Of a DNA stretch of 64,000 nucleotides, positions 24,701-37,088 are shown piece after piece. Position 1 is the stretch's first letter, and each line of letters starts with the position of its first letter. The translations under genes were made by a program, and so were the position numbers. Below the pieces are notes generated by a model, which was given only the letters and a program-made list of their open reading frames with translations, was not told the DNA's origin and did no database searches. This DNA comes from Vicugna vicugna (lineage: Eukaryota), in the NCBI GenBank assembly GCA_013265495.1, contig MU063048.1, positions 4,092,001 to 4,156,000 on the forward strand, written 5' to 3'.

Positions 24701-27414
24701 GAGCACTTGGTGATGAGACGCTGCAGAGAGGCGTAGCGGAGAAAACCGCCCGTGGGCTTCCCCGCGCACGGCTGGCACACTGTGTTTCTTGGCTTTTCCG
24801 TAACTGGCTGACGTAGTATTGTATCTGAATTCATGTCAGGCTCCTGGGACTTCCTCCTGGCGCTTTTGTGTCCCTCCATGCTGCCTTTCTGTTTCATTTT
24901 CAGGGAAATGGAACCCTTGGGCCGCAGAGCTGGAGCGTGGTTTTGTTGTGTCTGAGACTGCTTTCAATTTCAGCAGTTGCGGGGTAAATAAGCCACTGTG
25001 TACTTGGGAAAAACACTGGCAGAAAAGTAGAATGGTAGAGCCTCTCGCTTTTCATTGCTAGTGAGATTTCCCAACTGAAGCTACTCTGTTCTGTTTTGCC
25101 TCTGGCTAACATCTCGAGATCAGTCATAAAGTTCCATGCAAATACTTTCATGTATTAAAAGAACAATATTTTGACACTCATTGACACTGCAAAAAAAACA
25201 CAACACTAAATTAGTGTTCAGGAAAACAATGAAGTCCTTGTTCATTCACATGAGACGAAGGTGAAGACGTCGGGTGGTGCCAGAGGAAAGATGGCCCCTC
25301 GGCTCTGCACCTTCAGCGCTTGCTGGTGTCTCCTGGGAGTAGACGGCCTTTTGTTGCGATTAACGCATCTTGAGCGGTCACTGACACCTGTCGGACTGTT
25401 GAAAGTTTTAGTCCCCAAAAACAGACGTGTACTCTTCAGAATCTGGTTATCTGCATAGAGCTTCCCTACAGGTTGTGTTTGTTTTGGCTGGTTTTGCAGG
25501 GGAAGTGTTTTAGAATTTTTAAGTACTTGATTATGTTAAATATTTTGAAAATATCAATTCAGCTTATCAAAGGCTTGTTTTTCTAGATTTCATCTAAAGT
25601 TATAAAGACGCAAAAAAAACCTCCCATCACTGTCTGCGTGGTTTTAAAAGAGTCAAACTTTTAGGAGCACTCTTGATTTTTTTTTTTTTTTATTTGGAGA
25701 GCATGAAGGAGCTTCTGGTCTAATTTTCAGCGGTGTGGAGGGCATACTGTCTCTAAAAAACTACTGTGTTTTCACGTGTAGTGGAATTCCTGGCCACCCC
25801 CGCTCCACATCCCTAGGCTCAAATGTGACTGTTGCAATAAACGTTTTCTTAAATACAACTGGCTTCCCTTTGCGTCTCTCCAGTCAAGGGCGGTGCTGAG
25901 TCAGCATCCAGGAAGTAACGACGACGCTCGTGGGTGAGACCAGGCTGGTAGGAGCAGTCTGGCCCCCCAGAGGAACCAAGCTTGTATGCTGTTTATGCTG
26001 GGGAATTTTATATTTAGCAACCAGACATTAAAGGCAGGATGATTAAATCTCAGTCTGTTCAAGCACAGTTTTGAGAGTGCCGAGTGGGAGAGCGGCCTTT
26101 GAGTTGAGGTCTGGATCTCTGTGAACGAGGACGTTGTGGGCAGACACGTTTGGGATGGGCCGAGAGGACACCAGACCCCTATCACAAATACCACGCATGC
26201 CCGGGCCTGCAGACCTCGTGGGAGCTGGGGGACGCGCCGTCACCGCGCCCACGGGGCTGAGAAGCAGAGGGTCGGACCTTGTGATCGCCTGTAACCGTAA
26301 GGAGCAGGAAACGAAGCCGTACACCTGTGACCGCGTCCCTGTGCCGTGCGCCGGAAACGAACACACTGTCGGCCACCTGTACTTCAATTAAATAATTTTA
26401 AGAGAAAAGGAAGGTTATGGGAAAAACTGAAAAAGGGGAAAAAAAGCAGAAGGTGGGGAATTCCCTGGAGCACCCCTTTGCTGTGACCCCCGCCTCCCCC
26501 TCGCGCTCCCGCACCCCCTCCGGCGGTGCCCGTCCCGTGAGCTCGTGCTCCTCGGCTGCCGCGGTCCTCCTGGGGGGCCCGAGGTCCGGGGGCTGCCGCA
26601 CCCCTTGGAACTGCCTCCTGGAGCCCGACGGCCGGCTGGGCCCGCACACGCAGACCGACAAGGTGCTGGCGTCGTGCTTGGACCCAGCCATCTTCATCCG
26701 AGGCTGGCGGCACCCAGGGCAGAACTGACCCAGAGAGATTCAGGTGGGGTAGGGGCTCTGTAGCTGGGCAGTGGGCTCCGCTTCCCGGGCTCTGCGCGCC
26801 TCTCCCTTGACCCCCGCCCACCCAGGCCGGTGGTACCCATCTCCCCTCCTCTCCACCCAGGCAGCCCCCCACCCCCACCCTGGGCTCTGCGGTGCGGCTT
26901 CTCCCACAGGCCTCCCACGCGACAGTCATGCAGCCCCGCCCAGCGTGGCCCTGTGCACTCAGACTCTCGAGACCCTGCTGGGCCCAGAACGTGTCAGGTG
27001 TCCATCCCTGAGAAGGGAGCTGGAGGCGGGAGGCACGGGGCCGCCCTCCTGGCAGGCACGCTCCTCCGCAGGGCAGTGGGTGGGATGGCTGCTTAGCGTG
27101 AAGGTGTCTGAAAGCTTCCCTGCCTGGTGACTCCTGGGTGCTCCCTGGGGTTCGTCTCAGAAGTTCTTCCTTACATCAGATGTTGGACTTCTAGAACCCT
27201 TTTCCCGCGTAAACGTTGGAAGTCCGTCAGGCAGACGTGGCATCTCCCTTCTCTGTCCCTGCCTGGCATCCTCCCCAGCTCTGGCACAGTGCCTGGCCCC
27301 TCGCAGGCATTGCGTAAATCCCCTTGGCGGAGTGGCCTGGTCCCCAGGTAGCTCACAGACATCCATGCAGCTGCGCTAACAGCCACTGGTAACAGAGTTC
27401 CACAGCCTCGCACG

Positions 27415-27600
27415 TTAGTGTAATGCAGTCAAGAGAAGACTAAGCTGGGACAGAGCCTGTGGTCCCGCCGCTGGCTCGGCTAGGTGTGTGACTTTAGGCG
27501 GATCACATTGTCTCCCAGCTTTCAGCTGTTTACCTGCCTTTTAAATGAGTTGCACCGAATGAGGCCATCTCCAAGGTCCCTTCCAGCTGCACGATTCTGC
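27415..27600 (+). mobile_element. MIR (MIR3/MIRc-like)
   Basis: gtgtgactttaggcggatcac core and a 3' end catctccaaggtcccttccagctgcacgattct. Confidence 0.65.
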
Positions 27601-27779
27601 GGCCCTGACTGACAGAGTCAGGAGTAAATTCACTCCACTCTTGGGCCCTATCTCCCCATGCTGCGTCTGGACGCGAGGGTGCTCATGGAGACGAGCTGGG
27701 TTCTCCCGGCCCCAGAGCCCTCTCCAGCCGTGTCATCTCTGTTGCCTGTGTCACCGCCGTCATGGGAGATACAGTCCTC

Positions 27780-27925
27780 GAGCACTGTCCCAGGACCTCT
27801 TCCTCTGTTAACTGATTTCATCCTGAAAACAACCCTTTGAGGTCGGTACCACGATTGTCCTCATTTTTGAGGCACTGGGAGACCAAGGACCTTTTCAGAA
27901 GTTGCTCTCCAGGCGGCTCACGAAG
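27780..27925 (-). mobile_element. MIR fragment
   Basis: tttcatcctgaaaacaaccctttgaggtcggtacc..tgtcctcattttt resembles the reverse MIR core. Confidence 0.7.
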
Positions 27926-27931
27926 CCTGAG

Positions 27932-28108
27932 CTCCAGTGTGGTCCCCAAGCCAGCGCATCAGCTTTGCCCTGGAACTCATTAGAAATGCAAGTTTTCAGG
28001 CCTCACCCCAGGCCTATGGAATCAGCACGTCTGGGGCCAGAGGAGACCAGCAGTCCACGTTTTGACCTTCCAGACGGTTCTAATGCAGCTAAAATTCGAG
28101 AGCTCCTG
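27932..28108 (+). mobile_element. MER5A (hAT-Charlie DNA transposon MITE)
   Basis: agtgtggtcccc..cagcgcatcagc..ggaactcattagaaatgcaa..ggcctcacccc..gaatcag..ttctaatgca.ctaaaattcgagagc follows the MER5A consensus. Confidence 0.8.
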
Positions 28109-28499
28109 CCTCTGGGTTAGCCCTGCACATCGACCTGCCCTCAGCGGTTCTCTGGGCGTTGACTCCCCGGTGTCCCAAAGCCGAGGGTGTGGCATCACTG
28201 CCATTTGTACATAGAGGACGCAAGCCTTCAGGTGTCAGACAGTCCTAACGTGGGAGCTGGTCACGCTGCTTTTCCAGCTCTCTGAGTTGGCACTGCTGGT
28301 GGAATCAGTCCAGGAAAAGTCAGGAGGCAGAGACACTTGCAGAGGAGTGGGGAGCAGGGACTCGTCCAGCGGTGCTGCGGCGGTGCAGGGGCTGCCTCCA
28401 CGGTGTCCCGGCGGGATCTTCTGACGGCCGAGTGGCAGGGGGAGGGCAGTGCACCTTGTGGGCGTCAGCGTGCCGTCCTTCGCGGGGCCACTCTGTGCT

Positions 28500-28770
28500 C
28501 CGCACTGTCCCAGGAGTGCTCACGCACAGCACTGAGCATCCAGAGCCCAGTCCGAACTGAATATGCACGCTGGACTTCGAACGCTTAGTACACAGAAAAA
28601 TGATGCAAAATACCTTGACAAGAGTGCACTGAAGTGAGAGTGTACTTATTGTATGTATTGTGTTAAGCAAAACATTGAAATTAGTGTCACCTTTTTACTT
28701 TTAAAATGTGGCTGACAGACACCGCAGATTGCAGGCGTGGCTTCCATCGTGCCTCTGCTGGGCAGCACGG
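28500..28770 (-). mobile_element. MER33 (hAT-Charlie MITE)
   Basis: cgcactgtcc..ctgagca..agtccgaactga..ggacttcgaacgcttagtaca..cacctttttacttttaaaatgtggct..gtggctt..tgggcagcac matches reverse MER33. Confidence 0.8.
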
Positions 28771-30554
28771 TGTTAGCGAGACTAAGCGTGCGACGTCCCG
28801 CCTGCACTTCCCCGGGTGCACGTGTGTGGTGCGTGTGCAGTTTGCAGTTGCAGGTGACGTCGGTGGTCAGCGCTGGAAGCGAGACGTCGAGGGCGAGGCG
28901 GGACCTGTTACTCAAGGGAGCCAGAACCAGCCCCAAAGCTGGATTCCAAAGGTCAGAGTCAGACGGAGGCAGGGCCAGTGGTGGGGATGGGTTCGGGGGC
29001 CAGGCTCCAGAAGAGTCCGAGCTGGCTCCCCGGGTGCGTGGGGGTGGCTGGGGCCACGAGCGGGGAGTGGGCGGCCGGGGCGTGGGGACTTTTCTGCTGC
29101 TCCCGCTGGGCTGGGAGCCGCGTCTCAGTGGCTCACCTGGGCCCGTGAGTGGGCGCAGGTAACTGGAAACACCTGGCTGAGGTAGGAGGCTGGGCCGGCT
29201 CCAGGGAGCAGCCACTTCTGGGAAGTGTGTTGTGACAATGGTGGCATCAGGGCCAAGTCTGAGCATTTGTTAAGTCGCAGGGACCTAAGTGCGACTCCAT
29301 GTCCCAGTCCTGGACCGTGAAGTGTCGCTGCCTTCTTACAACCCCGCCCCCGCCTGGGGTCAAAGGGAAACGCAGCCGTCCATTCAGGGAAACCACAGGC
29401 TGAAGTGCTTGAATTCGAGGCAAATGCAGGCGCCATGGCTCTACTGAAACCGCCATCCGAGGACGGCCCGCCCACCCAGACTGCCCTCTCGCAGGGGTTC
29501 GGTGCCCTCTTCCCACGGGGGAGCTGTTTCCTTGGGCTGGATCTGGGCTGACCTGTAACCAGCAGTACGTGGGGAAGGTGGCCCTGGGGCACTTGCAGGC
29601 CAAGGCCTCGTGGGGCCATTGGAGGCCGTGCAGCTTGTTTTGTACAGAAATGGGGGCTGGATCCGACGAGAGACAGGGGCCCGTGGAGAGCTGAGGCCCC
29701 TGGCAGCAAGGATGCAGGTAGCCCCGGCCGGTCACCGCGGCCAGCGGCATGGGGAGGGGCGAGTGACCCCAGCCCTCCGGACCCTGAGCAGCAGGGAGGT
29801 TTAGGCCAGCGTTTCGGGAGCCACGGAGGACACCTGGACATCCTTGGTTCCTGTGCACGTTTCTCATTGTTCCTTTCACACGTCGTCTCACAGTCACATG
29901 ACCTGGACACACAGACTTGCTTTGCACTCAGAGTGCGTCGTGCTGAACACACCCACGTGTCTGTGGAAGAGGCTCACATTGACCTCCAGTCCCGAAAGTC
30001 CCACAGAGCAGAGTTCCATCGGGCAGAGAGTGCCTGATTTCCACCACAGCATGGCAGGGAGTTCTGCGGGAGGAGAGGCCAGGCCCGCCGTCCCAGGCAC
30101 AGCCCCCTGGCTGAGGGCACTCGGCGTGGACTTCATGCCCCGGGACCCCTGGGCTGTCCTGGGCCACGCTCAGCGTCACGGTGCTGGAGGCAGAGAGTGC
30201 GGGTGGAGAGAAGGTCAAAGGGGCTGCGAGCTGCCCCCCTGCAGGTCCCTGCTCCTCCGTGCTCAGCCGGCAGCAAATGTCCAGCAGTAATGGGGAAGGT
30301 GAGTGGGTGTGGGAGAGGCCACGAGGAGGAACGCGTCCCGCGGAGCAGCACAGAGGGAAACACCTGGACTCAAAGAAATGAGAGGCAACGCAGTTTTGTT
30401 CCATCTGCTGAAAGTCAGAGCAGGTGAACGAGAGCCCATGGGCCAGTCCTCGGTTTCATGAATCGTGTTTCCTCGGCGCGTGGTCACACCCACTGGTTTG
30501 TGTCCCTGGCTGTTTCTGTGCCCCAGCAGGAGAGGTGATCAGTGGTGTGAGATG

Positions 30555-30619
30555 TGTGCGGCCTGCAAGCCTGGAGTGTTTACTCTCTGGTGCTTTAAGA
30601 AAACGTTTGCAGACCCCTG
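30555..30619 (+). mobile_element. MER58-like (hAT-Charlie) 3' fragment
   Basis: ggcctgcaagcctggagtgtttactctctggtgctttaagaaaacgtttgcagacccctg resembles the MER58 terminus. Confidence 0.6.
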
Positions 30620-30726
30620 ACTTAAAGGAAATAAATGAAAGAGTTAAGCTAGAGGTGATCAGGAAAGATGTGGACAAGGAAAAGAAGATCATTCTAGAGA
30701 CTGAAGCCACATTAGCAAGAAAATTT

Positions 30727-31203
30727 AAGAAGTTATGGTATATTTATATAATGGAATACTACTCAGCCATAAAAATGAAATAATGCCATTTGCTGCAACA
30801 TGGATGGACCTGGAGATCGTCATTCTAAGTGAAGTAAGGCAAAAGGGGAAAGAAAAATATATGATATTTCTTATATGTGAAATCTTAAAAAAAAGACACA
30901 AGTGAACTTATTTACAAAATAGAAACAGACTCACAGACATAGAAAACAAACTTATGGTGACCAGGGGAAAGCGGGTGGGAAGGGATAAACTGGGAGTTGG
31001 AGATTTGCAGATGCTAACTACTCTGTATAAAATAGATAAACAACAAGTTTCAACAACAAGTGTCTTGTAGTAACCTGTAATGAAAAAGAATATGAAAATG
31101 AACACATGTGTGTATGTGAATGGCTGAAACACGCTGTCCACCAGAAACTAACATGCTGTAAATTGACTGTACTTCAATGAAAAAATTTAAAAATAAAAAT
31201 AAA
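30727..31203 (+). mobile_element. 5'-truncated LINE-1 3' end (artiodactyl/camelid-type): ORF2 C-terminus, 3' UTR and A-rich tail
   Basis: Encodes KKLWYIYIMEYYSAI and (shifted frame) IMPFAATWMDLEIVILSEV. 3' UTR acagactcacagacatagaaaacaaacttatggt..aaatagataaacaacaag. Tail with AATAAA at 31192 and 31198. Confidence 0.92.
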
Positions 31204-33975
31204 TGTGAGTCAAAACAGCCAGATGAGCAAGCAGCAGGAAGTCCCCTGAAGTGATGTGGGAAGGAGCAGAAATATGATGAGGCAGGAGGCATAGACGGGG
31301 AAGGCAGAAGGAAAGGAGCCTGGAAAGGAGACGGACACGCGGGGGAGAGATGTGCTCAAGCAGAAGAAGTAAACACGTGGACAGAGCCAGGTGGCGGCCC
31401 AGAAGCCACTTCAGAACGGCCAGCCCAGGACGGGAGCGTCAGGCTTCGTACTGCTCCACAGCCCAGCGACCTGCGGGCAGCGCCTCTGCTGGCCAGGCGC
31501 CGGCCCGGCCTCTTTCCATGCGTGTGGCATCAGCGTCGAAGGCTGTGCTCACAGCAAGGGCTGGGCAGCTTCCCAAGTTGCCTTTTACTACGTTTGGTGT
31601 TTTTATCAGTTTGTTATCTAATGATTTTTTTCCTGCCCAAAACTCTGTGTCTTTAAAATGGCTGGAAGGGCCTTAATCAAAGGGATCCACGAGCCAGTGT
31701 TTTGGCCTGTGAGTGAATTAATAGATTGAGTGGCTGGTTTCACACTGATGATTTTCTTGATACACTGCCCTTGTTGGTCATTCGGCACCTGTTTCCAACC
31801 ACGTCAGCGTAAGGGGTCCTTCCCCGGCTAACCCTCAGTCCAACCTGTGTGGTCCCATGAAGTGTGAGGCCCGGCCCGGGGCTACTTAAAGTCCGGCTTC
31901 TGACAGAAACACCAGGCGGTCATGCTGAAGGCGGCTCCTGAGCAAGGCTGACAGAGCCAGCCGTGGGGACTGATCCACCCTGGGAATCCTCTCTTGGGAG
32001 TTTTCATTTCCGTTTGTTCAGGGGCCTGTGATCTTCACTGGGATGATTTCGTCGGCACTGTTCCCGCTTACACTGCGTGGCAGTGTGTTCAGATTGCTTC
32101 TATGACAGTAGCTCATAAAGCAGGCGCGGGGCTGAAGCGGCCGCCACCAGATAAACACGGTTGAACATAAGCTTGGTTAACAAACCTGCTCTCCACGGAT
32201 GGCAGCTCAGTTAATCAGTGTCCGCGGCTCGGATACTGAGCTGGAGGTTAATGGCGAGGTGGAAGCAGTTGTCGAATCCAGGTTTTTAAGACAAACACAC
32301 CTCACACCCCGAAAGGCATGCGTGGAATCAGGCGTGGTCACCGGGCTGTGCTGGTGCACTTGGCAGTTCTCCTCCAGCGGCCTGGCGGTGAGCCGCCCGA
32401 GCCACCAAGTCAAGGAAAGAGGAGGACCTTCACTGCCCGCTTCCGCGTTCGTGATCTGAATGGCCAAAGAGTCGCTGGGGGGGAGCAGCGTTTGGGGAGG
32501 GGGGGTTTAAATGGAAGTTTTCTTTTGACTTCTCTAAATCGGACCTGTAAACCAGCTAGGTTAGTGACAGTGACAAGAGAGCACACGTCTGAACTGAGCA
32601 AACTCTCACAGCCGTCTGGACGTCACCGTCCGACGTCGGGGACTTGGGAGGCAGGTTTCCCCGGCTCTGTGTGCCTTAAAGGCGAGATGCCACATGTGAG
32701 GTGTGGTTCGAAAGCCGCACTGTTTGTTTGCTGTTCAGGGACATTTTTATGTGGAAGAGTCCCAAGCCATGGTACATTCCTCAACTGGTTGTCCCCCCTC
32801 CGCCGTGGGATGGACGAAAAATAAAAAGCAGGCCGTGTTTTTGCTCCACTGGTGATCGGGTCAGGGCTGAGAGCAAACACGTGCTGAGGAGGTGGGTCGG
32901 TCAGTCGTGGCCCGCGGGGCCCTGACGGGATATGGGACGATGCCGTCTTTTGCCTCGTTCCTTGAGAGCCGAGTCGGCGCGGGGAAGCTGACATCTAAGA
33001 CACGCGGCCCCAGATCGTTTCTCTAGGCACGAGCCAGGGCTGGTGGCGATGTGATCTCAGGCTGTGGCCTGGCCGGGTCCTGGCTCAGATGTCCAGCATG
33101 TGGTCAGGAAGGTGGGGAGAGGTGAGCTTCGCCTGGCTTGTGCCATCCATCAGGGAGGAAATGGACCAGACCCACGTGTGCAGCTGCAAGGGGGCCGAGC
33201 ACTGGGCGCTTCCCACACAAGGGCCTTTGTGTCCCAGACAAGGTCTAGCACCGCGACGGGCCTCGGCTGTGCGGCAAATTCCTGATCGCGATCAGTCCAG
33301 GACACACGGTCATTCATCTTCTAACCCCAAGTGTCACCTGACCGCTCAATAACCACCCATTATGCTCAGTGGAAATTTAAACAAAGCCCTTTTCCCTCTG
33401 TTGAAACCAGGAATCCCTTCAGTAATAACAAATCTGGAGTCGTATGTCCTTCCCTTCTCTGTCCCAGACTGGGGTCTGGGACGCTGTGAACTTTAAAGGA
33501 AATGCCTAGAAATGGAGAGGTCAAAGGCCGCAGATCGTCTGAGGAGAAAGAAAGAGCAGGTCCTCGGTGCCCAGGCCTGTGGAAGTGAGAGGCTCCCTCT
33601 GACCGCGACGCCCCTGGGGCTGGGACCAGCACGCGGGAGCTTGTGCCGGCGTGTGAAGTCGTCCGCCACCAGCCAGGAGCCGTGTGTTCCCGTTGCTCTT
33701 AGCAGCCCCTTGCTTTCTCTCTCGTGGCTGAAGATACGATTTCTTCAAGACCGTTCTAGCACAACATAGCATCTCAAAGGAAATGAAATAAGCTGAGCAG
33801 TCCTGAAAGACCTGTTTGAAATGTTATTTTTAGACTGGAAATTTGAGGAAAACACATTGAATTATATACACTGATCCCTCAGAAAAATGTTCAAATAGGA
33901 ATTCTAGCCAGAAGCATAATTTAATTTTTCCTAAAAGCTTTGAAAATATTTTGAAGAAAACCAAAACACGTCTGC

Positions 33976-34010
33976 GTGTGTGTGTGTGTGTGCTCGTGTG
34001 AGTGTGAGTG
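33976..34010. repeat. (GT)n/(GA-GT) microsatellite
   Basis: gtgtgtgtgtgtgtgtgctcgtgtgagtgtgagtg. Confidence 0.8.
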
Positions 34011-34373
34011 GGAGGCAGAGGCTCAGCTTGGCTGGGGAGGTGACCACAGGGCAGCTCGGCCCCAGAGACACCCACGTGCCGTGTGTTGTCACAGGGAGAC
34101 CCGGCGAGACCAGGGGTCCACGGCAGGGCCCAGACGGGTTCTGGGAAGGGGTCCACCAGGGCGGGAACACAGACACCAGGAGGGGCCCCACGGCCTCCGA
34201 CCAGGTGCCCACGACAGAGGGGTCTCTTGGGGCGTCGCAGCAGAGCGCCCGGGCCCAGGCTAGGCAGCGCGCGGTCCGCAGACCCGTGCTGGTGGGTGGC
34301 CCCGATGCGGCGCACGTGCTGTGCCTTTCTGCGTCTCATCGGGCTTTGGCACTAATATAATTCGTGAAAAGGG

Positions 34374-34614
34374 TTTTTATTTTGTTTTTTATTGACGTGT
34401 AGTCGATGTACAATGTTCGTTTCAGGTGCACAGAAAAGCAATTCAGTTACACACGTCCACACATACACACGTGTATTTCCAGGTTCTTCTCCACTGAGCT
34501 TATTTCAGGAAACTGAGTGTAGCTCCCTGGGCTGCGCAGCAGGCCCTGCTGTTTGTCTGTTTATGTGTAGTCGTGTGTACCTGTTAGTCCCGAAGTCCTC
34601 ATCTGTCCCTCCCC
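34374..34614 (-). mobile_element. LINE-1 3' end, antisense
   Basis: tttttattgacgtgtagtcgatgtacaatgtt..tttcaggtgcacag..attcagttacaca..gctccctgggctg..cagcaggccctgctg..acctgttagtccc..gtccctccc. Confidence 0.88.
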
Positions 34615-36267
34615 TCGTGCACAACTTTAAAAGCACTGCGGCTGAATTCATCAGCTGTGGCCTCTCGGCGCCGAATGGAAGGGCAGACCTTTCACTGGCG
34701 TGAACTAAACTCTGCGGCGAGTCAGTGTCGCCCGTCGCTTTTCAGCGTCGCTGTCCCTCTGCGGGTGCCGCGTCCCCGAGGCCTATGGAATGGCCGGGAA
34801 TCTCATCTTCCTTAGAACAAAAATACAAACCATTCACGAGAAAAATGCCGTAAATTCAGGTGAATACAGAGGAATTAAACTTTGTTGGCTGCGTTTTCTG
34901 GAAGAAAGCAAGTTGCTTCATTGATTCCAGAAACCTGTTCCTCAGCTTCCCCGCAGCAGCTGGGGACACTGTCTGACTGTTTTCTTTAAACGTTAGAACA
35001 AGAGTTCCGTGACATGATTTGGGGGACTGTTCCAATGAGGTGCTTATCGGTTTGACCTACTTTGTTTTGAAAAGTGGGTGGGGGGTAATGATAAAAACAT
35101 TGATTTTTTTTTTTTTTGGTCTTAGATTTTTCCTAGAGACAGCTGTCAGATACCAGCTGAAATCCTCATCTTCTGTCGTGTAAACAAAATCTTTGAAATC
35201 AGCGTGCCGTTCCAGGTGCTGGGGGAGGGTCTCCGCCGAGTGGGACCCTGATTTGGGTCTGACGTGTGCAGCCGCGCGCTGCCCACTAGACTTCCTGGTC
35301 CCCTTGAAACAGCGGGTCTGCGTGACGCCCCCACCGAGCCGAACCTCAGACGCTGTGGCTGAAGCCCTGACTCCGCGCACACGTCTTCACCTCCATGTAA
35401 CTTGTTAACAGCGGTCGTGCCCCTTGTACCTGAGTGTTTCTCCCTTAAGGTTCTCGATTATCTTGCTTTGGGATGTCACCATGTTGGCAAATTTCCATCT
35501 TCATTGCTAAGAACTCTGGTTCTGCTTTTGAGGATGACTATGTGTCCTGAAGTGATGCTCCCTTACATCCTGTCCACGACACGAAGGAGAATCAGGCAAG
35601 GCTCTTTAAACTCTGATTTTCTTAAAGGGACTCTGAAAGGTTATCCACTGCACATGCTCGTCAATGTCTGGTTCCTTCAACCTGTGGTCCAGGGCCTGCT
35701 GCGTGCGGTTCCCCTGGTGCCCCAGACCGACGAGATGCTGCCGCATGCTCACCCCCAGCCTACGGCGTCCGGGCTGGGATGTCCCCACGCGATCCTGACG
35801 CAGCTGAGAGCTGAGAGCCGGGACTGTTCGCGGTGGTCAGAATAGTGTATTAAGTTCACGGTCATCGTCTGGATACACGGGTTAGAGTGTCTAACCCAGG
35901 AGGCAGCGGACCTCGGTGGCCAGAGTCGCCGCCCTGGAACCCGAGGGGGTGACACTTAGGAGCCACGGGTCAGCAGCAGTGAACGCGGCTTCCCAGAGGG
36001 GCAGCTGCGCCAGCTGGGGCCGGTCAGATTGCTGCTTTGCTTTGCTTCGGTGTTGGCTCCTTCGAAGCCTTGCGCCAGCCCTACGGGAGGACCTCTGGTC
36101 TCCCGCCGCCCTGTCGGGACTAGCGCGTGCGGACTGACCCCTGCAGAGGGGTCTCTGGCCCAGGCGGGCCACCTTTCCCCTCGTCCGCACCCAGCTGTGC
36201 GCACTGACAGCAGCCCCCCCCCCCCGGGGCGGCAGGCACTCCTGTAACGGGTCTGCTCTTGTTCCAG

Positions 36268-36386
36268 GCCATGTGGCTGATGCTGCAGAGCGACGAGCCA
36301 GAGGACTTCGTCATAGCCACCGGGGAGGTCCACAGCGTCCGGGAGTTCGTGGAGAAGTCGTTTCTGCACATTGGGAAGACCATCGT
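36268..36386 (+). CDS. GMDS: GDP-mannose 4,6-dehydratase, internal coding exon (human exon 8 equivalent), 119 nt, phase 0 in / phase 2 out
   Basis: Acceptor ctcttgttccAG at 36266-67 and donor GT|GTGAGT at 36387. Translates as [40 protein letters not shown], matching the recalled GMDS C-terminal region. Confidence 0.98.
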
Positions 36387-36739
36387 GTGAGTGAGCCCGA
36401 GGCCGGCCTCTGTCCCCGGCAGACATCCGCGCGCGCTCGACCCCTGTTCTGTCTTTTCCTCTTTGCTGTCTCGTCAAAGTGCGAAGCGGGGACTCTGCTC
36501 CCGTTAAAGTCTGTGTCTAGAGTTGTCACCATCTAAGCTCAGTCTTCTAAGAATTTTTTTATCTTTTTAATTTTTTAATGTATTTTTAAGATCTTTAACT
36601 TTTTAATTTAAAAAATCTTATCGTGGTTCATATACGTGGTTTACTATGATTTTACTATCAGTAATTCTACCCTTAACACATCTGTGTGATCATGTTACAC
36701 AAGTTTTTAATACTTTATATTTTTAAAGTATGAAACCAT

Positions 36740-36870
36740 ACGAAAGCTTCAGATACATCACCAGCAAATTCCTTTTCTCTGAACCACTGAGAGTAGGTTG
36801 CCGACCGGAGGCCCCGTCACCATCCACTTCTGCGTGTCCCCCACTGTCCGCGTGACCGCAGCACAGCCAG
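36740..36870 (-). mobile_element. L1MC-like 3' fragment
   Basis: ttttctctgaaccactgagagtaggttgccgac..gccccgtcacc..acttctgcgtgt resembles recalled L1MC tgaaccatttgagagtaagttgcagac. Confidence 0.6.
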
Positions 36871-37088
36871 CCACATCAGGAACTTCGCACCCATGGGTTC
36901 TGGCGGTCTGAGCTGCGGGCCTCACACGGCTGCTGCCGGCTGGGCCAGCGCTGCGCTTTATACCAAATGATCACGTACAACGTCTGCTTGCTGCGGTGCA
37001 CACGTTTTGAAGTCAGATTTTTATTGGAATATTTGAAAGATTGGGGGGAAATCTTCGTTATAGGTGAAAGAGTCTTCTTTTCTGGTGA

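Larger units (their letters stand above)
1..36267 (+). other. GMDS: GMDS intron upstream of exon 8 (3' part; donor lies outside the window)
   Basis: No other GMDS-like exon found upstream of 36268. The corresponding human intron is very large (recalled). Confidence 0.85.

Noticed and set aside
29125-29952. 275-aa and 226-aa ORFs on - strand
   Set aside because: Same GC artefact; no domain or splice structure.
30727-34614. Inverted pair of L1 3' ends as a driver of exon 8 back-splicing
   Set aside because: Both copies lie in the same intron upstream of exon 8, so pairing would not bracket the exon. They are also diverged from each other.
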